A stretch of 64,000 nucleotides of DNA from an uncultured Candidatus Saccharibacteria bacterium (GCA_964512835.1 CAZELA010000003.1:15516-79515), one strand, 5' to 3'; counted from the stretch's first letter, positions 39,003 through 47,964 are shown. The notes: generated by a model from the sequence alone, not told the origin. Numbers and translations: made by a program.

Positions 39003-41498
39003 TTAATAATCGTAGAAGTGGTCGATCTGTATTCCCTTGCGTGCAAGCGCTCGGTACACGTCGGCAAGATCCTGCACGTCAGCCTCGACCGTAACCCGGT
39101 CCTTGAGGACGTCTGTTCCATCGATGACCGATACAATCTCCGTGTCGCGCATGATTTCGCGCACCCGCTCGGGCGGCACTGCACCGACGGCATCTCGATA
39201 CGTGAACGTGATCGAATCGTTCCCGGATATGTCCTCGACGGCGAACCGTGCGTTCAGCCTCTCTTCGTCGAGGACCTCGAGAAGGCGTACGGTGAACGAA
39301 TGATAATGCGGGGCAGAGATGAGTTCGCTATGAACACCGTCTCGAGAAATGATTGCATAGACAACATCGTCCTGTACGCCGAACTTTGCATGGGTTGCTG
39401 CCCGGATGAGTGCCGCGTACACAGCCTTGATCCCATATTCGAGCGTCAGAAATGACTTTCGCTCGACGCGACGGATATTTTGTCCGACGGTGTAATCACG
39501 ATCTGCCTGCACGCGCCACAAGTCTTTCAGGTATCTTGCGTACGGGAAGTCGTACCACGGGTACGGATAAATGAAGTCCGCATACGCGCGTGCGGCATGT
39601 GCGGCAAACTCGTCTTCGGGCACACGGGTGTTCCCCGCCAGCCTTTCCGACAGTCGGCCGAGCGTACTCTCGTATAGATTCTTCACCGCATTCTCCACGC
39701 TGAAACTCCATCCGATGACTTGTAGGACGGTGATGTAATCGTCGTTGTTGTGCGGACTGTCAGCAACGAGAGCGGTTACCGCATTGAACTGCCGCCAATA
39801 CTCACGATTCGACGCGGAGTACGGGAAATGCGACGGCAGAGAATCACTGAGCACCGTGGCATATTCGTCTGCACTGTAGACGATGTACCACTCCGGTAAT
39901 GACAGGTACGCGTTGTCGTACGGACGATAGTACTCCGGCGTTGTGCTCGCGACCGATCGGATGCGCTGCTTGTCTTTGTAGTAGCGAAGTTTTTCCGGAC
40001 TGTAGTATTTATCCCACAACGAGTTGGTGAACTTATCCGTCGGATCGTACGCGTTCTTAATTTCAAAGTACTGCACCGCATTCGGGTACGCGCGATGCAA
40101 CTGATCGTCGGTCGCCCATGGCTGATACGGCAGGTAATATGTTCCTCCGACCGACAGTACCTCGTCGATCATCTGACGCGTCCACTTCCCTACGTGTTGT
40201 CGCGCAGCTTCGTCGGTCCCTTGCTTGTAATACACGACGAACGCAAAACTTTCGGTGCGCGCCCACGCGAGCTTTGCTCCCGGATCAGGCAACGCGTGAC
40301 GGATTGAGACGTTGAGAATGTTCACGTCGTTGTCTACAAAGACTTTTTTCATTTTGGGTACCCACTCGTCGAACCGCTCAACCGGTACGAAATATTCCTG
40401 GAGCACATACGAGCTGCCTCCACGATCCTTCGGCTCAAGCTCGGCAATATCGTAACTCGCCTCGTAATTGCGGGTATGTATCAGATGTTCCGCATAGATA
40501 TACGGCTCGAGTATGTATTCGCGAATAAGGTTCCCGAACGGCCACTCACTCATAACAACCCACGCAACACGCTCTTTCCAGTAATCCTGTTTACGCGGAA
40601 TGAGTCGGCCGGGAACGGTCGGCGGTCGGTCGGTTTTTGACCAGGTGACGACGGACACGTGTTTGAAGGCCGGCGGATACATGTCGCCGTTCTCGAACAG
40701 AACATCGGGGTTTGAGCGGACGTGGTCATTGAAGTACGCGAGATAGTCTTCGGTATTGATCTTGGTCTGTGCTCGTTCGACATTCACGTTGTCGGCAAGC
40801 TTGAGCGTGACGTCCGTAATGACGCCGATCCCTCCCATGCCGCCGATCGCGCTGTAAAAAATATCCGCATGACTGGTGGGTGAAGCCTCGATCACCGATC
40901 CGTCGGCGAGAACTATTTTGAAACTCTTTACACTGAGAATGATCGGCCCGAGACCGATGTAACGCCCGTGCACATTAACCGAAAGCGACCCGCCGACCGT
41001 GAAATTCGAATACGTCTGCATGATCATGATCGATAATCCGTACGGATCGATCGCGTCCTGGATGTCTCGCCACCGGGCGCCCGCCTGTACAGTCACCTCT
41101 TTGCTCGTCGTAGAGATGTTCAGGATCTTGTTGAACTCGCGCATGTCGATTTGCACCGCTCGGGGCGATGCGGTCTCGCCGCCCATGGAGTTTCGTCCGC
41201 CGCCGATGGAGACGTGGTCATGTGTCCTGACCGCCTCGACGATCTCTTCCGTTGTATGCGGCACGATGATCCCCTGTACATGCACCGGGTACAGCTCCGT
41301 TACGTCGGTGACGATATTCTGCTTTGTGTTTTCTGCTTCGCGCGCAAGTTTATCCGGTGTCGGGTCACCATGCACGCTGACTATCAGAAAAAGCAGTGCC
41401 ACGAACGGAAGCGCCAGGAGCACAGAGACCGCGCTGAGTACGCGCGTTCGGGTTATGTGTCGCGATACGGCGTGCAGGTATGAGCGCAGCCGCGTCAT
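39003..41498 (-). CDS. Membrane-anchored FAD-linked oxidoreductase (PCMH-type FAD_binding_4/ALO-like, ~480 aa) fused to a ~340-aa C-terminal domain of unknown function
   Basis: N-terminal TM; 'HVSIGGGRNSMGGETASP...VQAGARWRDIQDAIDPYGLSIMIMQTYSNFTVGGSLSVNVHGR' FAD-binding domain. I recognise no family for the C-terminal half. Confidence 0.8.
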   Translation of the reverse strand: MTRLRSYLHAVSRHITRTRVLSAVSVLLALPFVALLFLIVSVHGDPTPDKLAREAENTKQNIVTDVTELYPVHVQGIIVPHTTEEIVEAVRTHDHVSIGGGRNSMGGETASPRAVQIDMREFNKILNISTTSKEVTVQAGARWRDIQDAIDPYGLSIMIMQTYSNFTVGGSLSVNVHGRYIGLGPIILSVKSFKIVLADGSVIEASPTSHADIFYSAIGGMGGIGVITDVTLKLADNVNVERAQTKINTEDYLAYFNDHVRSNPDVLFENGDMYPPAFKHVSVVTWSKTDRPPTVPGRLIPRKQDYWKERVAWVVMSEWPFGNLIREYILEPYIYAEHLIHTRNYEASYDIAELEPKDRGGSSYVLQEYFVPVERFDEWVPKMKKVFVDNDVNILNVSIRHALPDPGAKLAWARTESFAFVVYYKQGTDEAARQHVGKWTRQMIDEVLSVGGTYYLPYQPWATDDQLHRAYPNAVQYFEIKNAYDPTDKFTNSLWDKYYSPEKLRYYKDKQRIRSVASTTPEYYRPYDNAYLSLPEWYIVYSADEYATVLSDSLPSHFPYSASNREYWRQFNAVTALVADSPHNNDDYITVLQVIGWSFSVENAVKNLYESTLGRLSERLAGNTRVPEDEFAAHAARAYADFIYPYPWYDFPYARYLKDLWRVQADRDYTVGQNIRRVERKSFLTLEYGIKAVYAALIRAATHAKFGVQDDVVYAIISRDGVHSELISAPHYHSFTVRLLEVLDEERLNARFAVEDISGNDSITFTYRDAVGAVPPERVREIMRDTEIVSVIDGTDVLKDRVTVEADVQDLADVYRALARKGIQIDHFYDY

Positions 41499-41499
41499 G

Positions 41500-41901
41500 C
41501 TATTCGTTCGAAAGCGCGATCTTTTTCACGGAGTAATGAAGCGCGATGGCGACCAGTACGGTAATGCCGATGTGCGGACCGTTGAGGAGAATATTTTGGA
41601 CAATTCCCTGCCCGATCAATACTCCGTATACCACCGTGAACAGCGCATCGAGCGCATAGTACCCGCCGATCGTCATGATGTATTTCACCGTCCATCGCGG
41701 CCCGGCGATGAGCGCAATGACGCCCGCGATACCAGAGATGCCGTGCGTTACATCGTCGATGAGCGAGATTTTGAACAGCCCGAACATGAGCCACTCGTGA
41801 GCAACCGACGTGTCTACGAGCACTCCCGGAACGCGTTCGATCAATACGATTCCGATAAAAAGGGCACTGAGGAATGCGGCCACATATTGTGCGATCTTCA
41901 T
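41500..41901 (-). CDS. Small 4-TM membrane protein (GtrA-like size and topology; family uncertain)
   Basis: 133 aa, four hydrophobic helices, immediately downstream of the FAD oxidase gene. Confidence 0.5.
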   Translation of the reverse strand: MKIAQYVAAFLSALFIGIVLIERVPGVLVDTSVAHEWLMFGLFKISLIDDVTHGISGIAGVIALIAGPRWTVKYIMTIGGYYALDALFTVVYGVLIGQGIVQNILLNGPHIGITVLVAIALHYSVKKIALSNE

Positions 41902-41915
41902 ACAAGTATTCTAGC

Positions 41916-42887
41916 CTACTTATCGAGCGCCTCGGAGAGCGCTGCGTCGAACGCCGTGTAGTCTTCGATCATTGGTATATGGCCGACGTTTTTGAGTGCT
42001 GTGAGTCGGATATCGGGAGTGACCGGTAACAGTGCCTGTGCGCCGGATATGGGAGTCAGCGTGTCTTCCTCGCCCCAGATTACGCGGACCGGGAACGGCA
42101 GTTTCGTATACGATGCGATGTCTGTGCTTTTGTAAACGAGCGGGTCGAGCGTGTAATCGCGAACCCAGTCGGACAACCGCTCCGTCACGTAACGCAGGTT
42201 GAGGTATCGCGTGTAGAGATGTGCGAGATCAGTATCGACATGGTCGGTCAGGTGGACGAACGACCTCAGACGCGAGAGCACGAGCGAGTCGTTGTGAATC
42301 AGAAGCCCGACAACAAACACACGAAGCGGTCCTATCGTAACCGGCGAGAATATCGGGACGTGTTTTTCTTCGCCGATGTTCAATACGGCGTCAATCAGGA
42401 TAAGTTTTTGTACCCGTTCGGGGTAACGCATCGCATACTCGGTCACCGGTCCCCCGCCGTATGAGTGGCCGACAAGAATGACTCGGTCGAATTGTTTTGC
42501 ATCTATAAACGCCTTGATACGGACGGCTTGTGTATCACGAAAATAGTTCCGGTCGGGCGCCGGCGTACTGTAGCCGAACGGAGGAAGGTCGAGTGCAACA
42601 TAATTGTATTGTGTACTTCGAGTATTTTGCACATCGACGACTCGCTGCCAGGTGCCGTTCCACGATGAAAGACCGCCGACGAAAACGACGGTGGTGTCTG
42701 AACCGTTATTGATCTCGCTATACGCATATCGCTCGTCGCCGACCGGAATGAACCGGGTCGTTTGCGGCGCACTGAGGCGCGCAAATTTAGATTCTGTGTA
42801 CGAAACATTATAGGTATACACACACAGGAGTCCGATATACGTCGCAATCAGTATGAACAATGCTGCCCGTATGGCTTTCTTGATCAT
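41916..42887 (-). CDS. Alpha/beta-fold hydrolase with an N-terminal membrane anchor
   Basis: 'ILVGHSYGGG' nucleophile elbow. Start set at MIKKAIRAALFILIA. Confidence 0.8.
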   Translation of the reverse strand: MIKKAIRAALFILIATYIGLLCVYTYNVSYTESKFARLSAPQTTRFIPVGDERYAYSEINNGSDTTVVFVGGLSSWNGTWQRVVDVQNTRSTQYNYVALDLPPFGYSTPAPDRNYFRDTQAVRIKAFIDAKQFDRVILVGHSYGGGPVTEYAMRYPERVQKLILIDAVLNIGEEKHVPIFSPVTIGPLRVFVVGLLIHNDSLVLSRLRSFVHLTDHVDTDLAHLYTRYLNLRYVTERLSDWVRDYTLDPLVYKSTDIASYTKLPFPVRVIWGEEDTLTPISGAQALLPVTPDIRLTALKNVGHIPMIEDYTAFDAALSEALDK

Positions 42888-42923
42888 GCTGCTACAGCGT
42901 AGCACTTTATGGAATTCGGCATG

Positions 42924-42979
42924 AGTCGTCCGCAAAAATAGAATTTGCAGACGCTGCGCGTCTTTAATTATTTTTGGGC
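42924..42979. repeat. 56-bp direct repeat, copy 1 (contains AGACGC-tgc-GCGTCT hairpin plus T-rich tract)
   Basis: Near-identical to 43117..43172 over the first ~50 nt ('agtcgtccgcaaaaatagaatttgcagacgctgcgcgtctttaattatttttggg'); the two copies diverge at the final ~6 positions ('...gggcagcgc' vs '...gggcgactat'). Confidence 0.85.
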
Positions 42980-43116
42980 AGCGCGGGTAAGGAGTCTAGC
43001 GAGCGGGAATCGGTCAAGCGCTCGATTCTGCGCCGTCGCGCAGAACCTCCGCCTGACCACGCTTAGGCATCCCCATCTGCTGATGGGGGCCCCAGCCTTC
43101 GCCTTCGATTCCCGAT

Positions 43117-43172
43117 AGTCGTCCGCAAAAATAGAATTTGCAGACGCTGCGCGTCTTTAATTATTTTTGGGC
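43117..43172. repeat. 56-bp direct repeat, copy 2, abutting/overlapping the 3' end of tRNA-His
   Basis: As above. It is also flanked by inverted 11-mers cccgatagtcg / cgactatcggg, the latter being the tRNA-His acceptor/T-stem. Confidence 0.85.
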
Positions 43173-43242
43173 GACTATCGGGAATCGAACCCGAATCGAG
43201 GGCTCCACAAACCCTAGTGTTAACCGTTACACCATAGCCGCC
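43169..43242 (-). tRNA. tRNA-His (anticodon GTG) with an encoded G-1
   Basis: Hand-folded cloverleaf: G-1 opposite C73; acceptor GCGGCTA/TAGTCGC; D-stem GTGT/ACAC; anticodon stem AGGGT/GCCCT; loop TTGTGGA; T-arm TCGGG-TTCGATT-CCCGA. Confidence 0.85.
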
Positions 43243-43294
43243 ATCGGCAAACAGAATGAGTTATAGCAGAATAGCGGCGTATTGGCGAGATTTG

Positions 43295-44395
43295 CTAGCG
43301 CGCTTCCTCTGTCAGCAGCACCCCTCCCTGTGACCGCACGACCGTAAATCGGATGCGACCGACAATCTGGCCGTGCTCCGTCAACACATTCACACGCCAT
43401 GAGCCGGGCTCGGGGTCATACTTTTCGGAGTACCCGCGGAATCCCCCATCCCGCCCTCCGTGGATAGTGAACCGCACATCAGAACGAGTCTCCCATACAT
43501 TCGTCGCATCGTTAAAGTATTGCCACTGATGGCGCAACAATGTCGAGAGACCGGACGGCGCGAACACGGCCGCAAACACATACACCTTCTCACCCTGAGC
43601 AAGGTGTACTGTGGCAGGTGTGCTGAGGTATCGTACCGGCCAGGTTTTTCGCTCACCCTCCAACGTGTATGTTCCTTCCGTGCGGGAAACCGCGTGGTAT
43701 ACCCCTCCCTCCTTTAACGCGAGCGGAAGCGGCGGAATCAAATTGGTGAAATACAACAGGTTAAACACGATGACGAGCGTGCCGAGCGAACGACGCAGTG
43801 TCGGGCGCGCACCCTGCACACGCTCAGGCACCAGTGCCTGCATGAGACCGAGGATCAAAACGATGATCAGCACACTGAGCACCCCCGAAAAAAGAAACAT
43901 ATACGGACCGATCACTTTGAACACGAGGGGCAAGAAAAAAATCAGAAACGAATAGAGCGCCGTAAAGTAGATTGATATTTGGAACGGCAGCTTTTGGTAT
44001 AGCGAACGAAAACGCTCGTTTCCGATTAATAGAAAAGCAAGAACAAGTACGAAGACCCACGACAGCGCAATACCTGCACTGCGGCTGTACAGACTCAGAT
44101 AGCCGGAGAAGAGCGCGCCGAAGAACAGCTGAATCACGACGGGTAAAAACGGTGCCACCCACAGCAGCAGACGATTTTGGGCCCTGCCGGATTCGATGTA
44201 GTTAATCGCGACAATCGCCACGAGCGCGAACACCAGGTACGAAAGCAATAAAATATTGCCGAAGATCACATCGACCCGATTGAGAAAGACGTAGTTATCG
44301 AGCAAGAATCCGACCACAAGGGCGACCGGAGACAGGTAGCGTTCGTACCAATGAATGAGTTCTTCGGTGCTCTTCGGCAGGTATTTGCGGATCAT
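43295..44395 (-). CDS. Hypothetical polytopic membrane protein (~8 TM) with a C-terminal extracytoplasmic beta-rich domain
   Basis: Start set at MIRKYLPK. The C-terminal ~130 aa are soluble ('...RVNVLTEHGQIVGRIRFTVV'). No family recognised. Confidence 0.55.
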   Translation of the reverse strand: MIRKYLPKSTEELIHWYERYLSPVALVVGFLLDNYVFLNRVDVIFGNILLLSYLVFALVAIVAINYIESGRAQNRLLLWVAPFLPVVIQLFFGALFSGYLSLYSRSAGIALSWVFVLVLAFLLIGNERFRSLYQKLPFQISIYFTALYSFLIFFLPLVFKVIGPYMFLFSGVLSVLIIVLILGLMQALVPERVQGARPTLRRSLGTLVIVFNLLYFTNLIPPLPLALKEGGVYHAVSRTEGTYTLEGERKTWPVRYLSTPATVHLAQGEKVYVFAAVFAPSGLSTLLRHQWQYFNDATNVWETRSDVRFTIHGGRDGGFRGYSEKYDPEPGSWRVNVLTEHGQIVGRIRFTVVRSQGGVLLTEEAR

Positions 44396-44420
44396 GTGTA
44401 CCGAGATGATAGCAAACGCA

Positions 44421-45008
44421 TCAACGAGTCGGCGCGTAGCCGTCGGGGTCGAACGATGCAGGATCAAGTCCGGTGAGCGGGTTGTATCCGCAGGCATACG
44501 TTAGACAGTCACGGAAGTACACGCCGTTTTTGTCCCTGGCGTACGAACCGGACGGCGTGACCTCGAGCGTTTCCGTATCGGCACCGTGCGGCAAGTACGT
44601 GAGTTTCGGAGAACGCGTAAGTGCGGTGAGCTTCATATCGGGCCACGTAGGACCGGCGGGAAGTTCGGTGCGGATAAGTCCGGGCGGCGGCACTCCGTCG
44701 TAGGTGATGACTGTGGTTTCTCCGCAGTCGGATTCACCGCACTCCGTGTACACACCCATACCCGCGGGGACGGTCATATCCGCATAGCGAATCCATTTCG
44801 GTGCAGCCTGTGCAACCGCTTGTATAGACGTCGAAAAACGTTCTGCCGGTTTCCGGGGAGCACTTATACGTCGTTCGTTCCGAACGATACCGAACACTCC
44901 TGCCGCAAACAGAAGGATGCCGACTGCAACCACAGCGAACACATAGTTCGGCAACGTATGCAGAGGCGAAGGAGAAGACGGCTCCCCGGCGGGGTCGAGC
45001 GGATTCAT
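44421..45008 (-). CDS. Hypothetical membrane-anchored protein (195 aa)
   Basis: One N-terminal TM (YVFAVVAVGILLFAAGVFGIV) and a Cys-containing extracytoplasmic domain. Confidence 0.5.
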   Translation of the reverse strand: MNPLDPAGEPSSPSPLHTLPNYVFAVVAVGILLFAAGVFGIVRNERRISAPRKPAERFSTSIQAVAQAAPKWIRYADMTVPAGMGVYTECGESDCGETTVITYDGVPPPGLIRTELPAGPTWPDMKLTALTRSPKLTYLPHGADTETLEVTPSGSYARDKNGVYFRDCLTYACGYNPLTGLDPASFDPDGYAPTR

Positions 45009-45075
45009 ACAAGAATGATAGCAAGGGAAAGCCTGTACTCGCGATTTTTTGCGGCTCTGCTATGATGCACGCGTC

Positions 45076-45160
45076 GCGCAGGTGGCGAAATTGGTAGACG
45101 TACTACCTTGAGGTGGTAGCGCCCGTTAAGGGCATGGGAGTTCGAGTCTCCCCCTGCGCA
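45076..45160 (+). tRNA. tRNA-Leu (anticodon GAG)
   Basis: Acceptor GCGCAGG/CCTGCGC; anticodon stem CTACC/GGTAG; loop TTGAGGT; long variable arm; T-arm GGGAG-TTCGAGT-CTCCC. Confidence 0.88.
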
Positions 45161-45204
45161 CACATAACAAAAAACTGGGGCATGCCCCAGTTTTTTGTTA
45201 TGTG
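45161..45204 (+). terminator. Long perfect hairpin immediately after tRNA-Leu (cacataacaaaaaactgggg-cat-gccccagttttttgttatgtg)
   Basis: ~20-bp stem with a T-run in the 3' arm. Confidence 0.7.
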
Positions 45205-45217
45205 GCAGCAGAGGGAG

Positions 45218-45320
45218 ACGAGAAAGCGAGGACTGGGGACCCGCGAACACGCGGGGATGTCCGAGCAGGGCCGAGTGGAGAAAAGTTCTGACGAGAACTT
45301 TTCGAGCGCTTGGCCGAGTC
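45218..45320. repeat. Copy 1 of a ~104-nt structured repeat element (candidate ncRNA or MITE-like element)
   Basis: ~88% identical to 48024..48127. Internal hairpins CCCGCG-aaca-CGCGGG and GAAAAGTTC-tgacga-GAACTTTTC. A second 'cgagagcttgaccgagtc' half-site follows at ~45378. Confidence 0.7.
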
Positions 45321-45458
45321 TCCTGAGCGACGGCGAGCCGAGAGTTGTGGGTCACATTAGACGACGGCGCAAAATCGAGAGCTTGACCGAGTCGCCCCTT
45401 GTGCAATCGAAGGACGCAGCGGCGCGTCGCCGCTGCGAGCGCAGGGTATTATCCCTCT

Positions 45459-46466
45459 ATGCGCCGACTACCGTTCGCACTCGCACTGTGCGCAACGACA
45501 CTCTTTCTATTTTTTACATTTCAGACTGATCCGGTACCGCGCGCGCCCGCACGAGAGCTATCACGCTCCGAGTACGATATAGCCCGAGACACATACCTGA
45601 CAATTCAAAAGACCGCGGGGTCGCGCACTGCACTCGACACCCTCCGTTCAGATATAAACAAAAACGACCCCCTTGCACGCTCATGCCACTCGATCGCCCA
45701 CGAAATAGGACAGCGCGCATTTATCCGCGACCCGGACTTCGGCAGAGCAATGGCAGTACAGAGTGATGTCTGTAACTCCGGGTACATGCACGGCCTCATA
45801 GAGATGTACTTCGTGGAACACGGCAATGCGACATCAACCATGCAGGCCGCATGCGCCGCCTATTCGGGCGGCGACTACCTGAGCTGGGAGTGTTACCACG
45901 GAGTCGGTCACGGACTCATGTTCGCCTCGAGTAACGATCTGCCCCATGCAGTCGTTCAGTGTGACGCCTACAACAACGAGTTCGCGGCGACCGCCTGCCG
46001 CAATGGTGCCTTTATGGAAAACTTCAATACTGATCCGACCGCACATCCTACCGAGTATGTCAGTAGCACCGACCTTTTTTACCCATGCAGCATGTTTGAT
46101 CAACGCGTAGCCGGTGACTGTTACCTCTACGCACCCGTACGCTACCTGAGCGTCCACGAAAATGACTACACAGGCGCACTCACCTGGTGCGGGTCAGCAC
46201 CCGGGAGGTTCAAGGACTTGTGCGTGCGCGGCGTCGGGACTGAAACCATGAAGCGAAACATTTCCGATCCGTCGTTCACGGAAAACGTCTGCTCGGGCGG
46301 AGATTTGTACGAACGATGGGCGTGCATCAGGGGTATGGCGGGCTTATACCTGAATCACGCCGGGTCTATGACTGCGGCGCGAGCGATGTGCAACGCATTA
46401 CAGCTTGTCGACCAACCTGCGTGCTACTACGAGCTCGATCAAGACGCTCCTATGTTCGACCATTAA
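45459..46466 (+). CDS. Hypothetical secreted Cys/His-rich protein
   Basis: Start set at MRRLPFALALCATTLFLFF (signal peptide). Recurrent C..(A/Y)H(E/G)(I/V)G motifs ('CHSIAHEIG', 'CYHGVGHG') suggest metal binding. No family recognised. Confidence 0.65.
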   Translation: MRRLPFALALCATTLFLFFTFQTDPVPRAPARELSRSEYDIARDTYLTIQKTAGSRTALDTLRSDINKNDPLARSCHSIAHEIGQRAFIRDPDFGRAMAVQSDVCNSGYMHGLIEMYFVEHGNATSTMQAACAAYSGGDYLSWECYHGVGHGLMFASSNDLPHAVVQCDAYNNEFAATACRNGAFMENFNTDPTAHPTEYVSSTDLFYPCSMFDQRVAGDCYLYAPVRYLSVHENDYTGALTWCGSAPGRFKDLCVRGVGTETMKRNISDPSFTENVCSGGDLYERWACIRGMAGLYLNHAGSMTAARAMCNALQLVDQPACYYELDQDAPMFDH

Positions 46467-46496
46467 AAAACACCCCATTCGGGGTGTTTTTTATTT
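46465..46496. terminator. Bidirectional terminator AAAAAACACCCC-attc-GGGGTGTTTTTT between convergent genes
   Basis: Read from the sequence. Confidence 0.75.
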
Positions 46497-46507
46497 TGAG
46501 TTTGAAT

Positions 46508-46963
46508 TTATGCCTGCTCTGCGGCTGCGCTCTCTTCTGCGGTCGGAGCTGCTGCTTCGATTGGTGTCTGGTCCTCTTCGATACCCGTAACAACCGGAGC
46601 CGACGACTTGTTTACCAACACAGTTCGGCGGAGTACGCGGCGAGCTTCGCGCGCAACCTTTTCGCGGATGAAGTAGAGCTTTGCGCGGCGCATGGTAGCG
46701 CGCTTTACGATCTCGATCTTGTCGATCATCGGCGAGTACAACGGGAAAATCTTCTCGACTCCCACACCGCTTGATACGCGACGAACAGTGAACGTACCGC
46801 CGGCCTCTGTGCCGTGCTTGCGCGCAAGTACCAAACCTTCAAAGGTCTGAATGCGGGTCTTACCCTTTTCTTCGATCTTCTGGTGAACACGCACCGTATC
46901 CCCCGATCGGAGATCGAGTTCTTTGCGCGCCTTCACGTCTACCGGTGAAATTACGAATGCCAT
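46508..46963 (-). CDS. rplS: 50S ribosomal protein L19 with a C-terminal extension
   Basis: '[72 protein letters not shown]' L19 core. Start set at MAFVISP. Confidence 0.88.
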   Translation of the reverse strand: MAFVISPVDVKARKELDLRSGDTVRVHQKIEEKGKTRIQTFEGLVLARKHGTEAGGTFTVRRVSSGVGVEKIFPLYSPMIDKIEIVKRATMRRAKLYFIREKVAREARRVLRRTVLVNKSSAPVVTGIEEDQTPIEAAAPTAEESAAAEQA

Positions 46964-47086
46964 AACGTCGCGGCACTGTAACATGACACCCCGCGGAGGG
47001 CAAATGCACCCTATCGCGCGCTCCTGTTGCACTCCTCCCCCTCCTCTATTAAGGTGCCCGCGGGACCAAACAGAAGGAGGGCACCC

Positions 47087-47644
47087 ATGACTGAGACTCT
47101 ATTGAAGATCGGCGTCGCCGGTAACCGCGACACATTGAACCGCATCGAATCCTGGCTGACCTCGGCAATGCAGCAGTACCTGCCGCCGAGGCGTTTCACC
47201 ATCTCGAATCACGATCCGTTCCCGCCGGGACAGAGCAACACCGAAATGTCGACGCTGGTGCGTCCACCCAAGGGCCTCGGCGCGATCCAGTCGCTACATC
47301 ATCGCTCGGGCACGATTGCGCGCGTGATGCTCGAGCGCAATCCCGACATCGACGTGATGATCCGGATCGACTCCGGCGGCCTGCAGATGGACATCCCGAA
47401 GCCGAGCAGCGTCTACCACGACAGCCAGTACGGCGTTGTTGCAACGCTCGCGACGCGACTGAAGGGCGCCGGCGCGATCATGCTGTACTCCAGCTTGAGC
47501 TCGCAGGGCTATCTGGGCGGAAGCGGCGTCGGCCATCGCCAGGAGACGGCAATGTCGGAGGTCGCGATGCAGGGAGTGCTCCCCCGCTGGTGGATGGAAC
47601 TCAGTCGCGGCGTCCACCGGGCGAGCACCGCGCTCGCTGCCTGA
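47087..47644 (+). CDS. Hypothetical protein; GC-rich, probably horizontally acquired
   Basis: ATG preceded by a GAAGGAGG RBS. ~66% GC with CTG/GGC/CGC-dominated codon usage, unlike neighbours. No family recognised. Long antisense ORFs on the minus strand here are a GC artefact. Confidence 0.55.
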   Translation: MTETLLKIGVAGNRDTLNRIESWLTSAMQQYLPPRRFTISNHDPFPPGQSNTEMSTLVRPPKGLGAIQSLHHRSGTIARVMLERNPDIDVMIRIDSGGLQMDIPKPSSVYHDSQYGVVATLATRLKGAGAIMLYSSLSSQGYLGGSGVGHRQETAMSEVAMQGVLPRWWMELSRGVHRASTALAA

Positions 47645-47791
47645 ACTGCCTGATTGCACACGTGTTGAGCGGGTCGCCATGCGACCCGCTCTTTCAATAA
47701 TTGGTTTTATTGGGGAAATACGCTAAGGTGATGCAGAAGTAATTCACGGGTCACAAGCTCCGAAGACGACACTCTTCGCGGCGCGGTACCC

Positions 47792-47821
47792 CCGATTGCT
47801 TTCGTATCGTAGTTCATGGGC
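47792..47821. repeat. Duplicate of the tRNA-Val upstream region plus its first ~12 nt (ttcgtatcgtagttcatgggcgattagctc); second copy at 47874..47903
   Basis: Exact 30-mer repeat read from the sequence. Confidence 0.7.
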
Positions 47822-47891
47822 GATTAGCTCCAGAGGACGATGCCGTCGTTCGCGGAGCGGTGCCTTGAAAAGAGTTCGTATCGTAGTTCAT

Positions 47892-47964
47892 GGGCGATTA
47901 GCTCAGTTGGTAGAGCAACGCTTTTACACAGCGAAGGTCACAGGTTCGAGTCCTGTATCGCCCA
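47892..47964 (+). tRNA. tRNA-Val (anticodon TAC)
   Basis: Acceptor GGGCGAT/ATCGCCC; D-arm GCTC-AGTTGGTA-GAGC; anticodon loop TTTACAC; T-arm ACAGG-TTCGAGT-CCTGT. Confidence 0.85.

Noticed and set aside
43040-43125. A second, inverted tRNA gene next to tRNA-His
   Set aside because: Only the 18-nt 3' end (T-loop, T-stem, acceptor) matches. No D-arm or 7-nt anticodon loop can be folded, so it is a fragment, not a gene.
45280-45310. Hammerhead-ribozyme-like 'CTGACGAG...GAAA' motif inside the repeat element
   Set aside because: Only a CUGAnGA-like heptamer is present. Stem II and the GAAA/stem III geometry and cleavage-site context are absent.
47196-47680. Minus-strand ORFs 47196..47444 and 47294..47680
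   Set aside because: They are antisense to the GC-rich plus-strand ORF that has a strong RBS. Long antisense ORFs are expected at ~66% GC.
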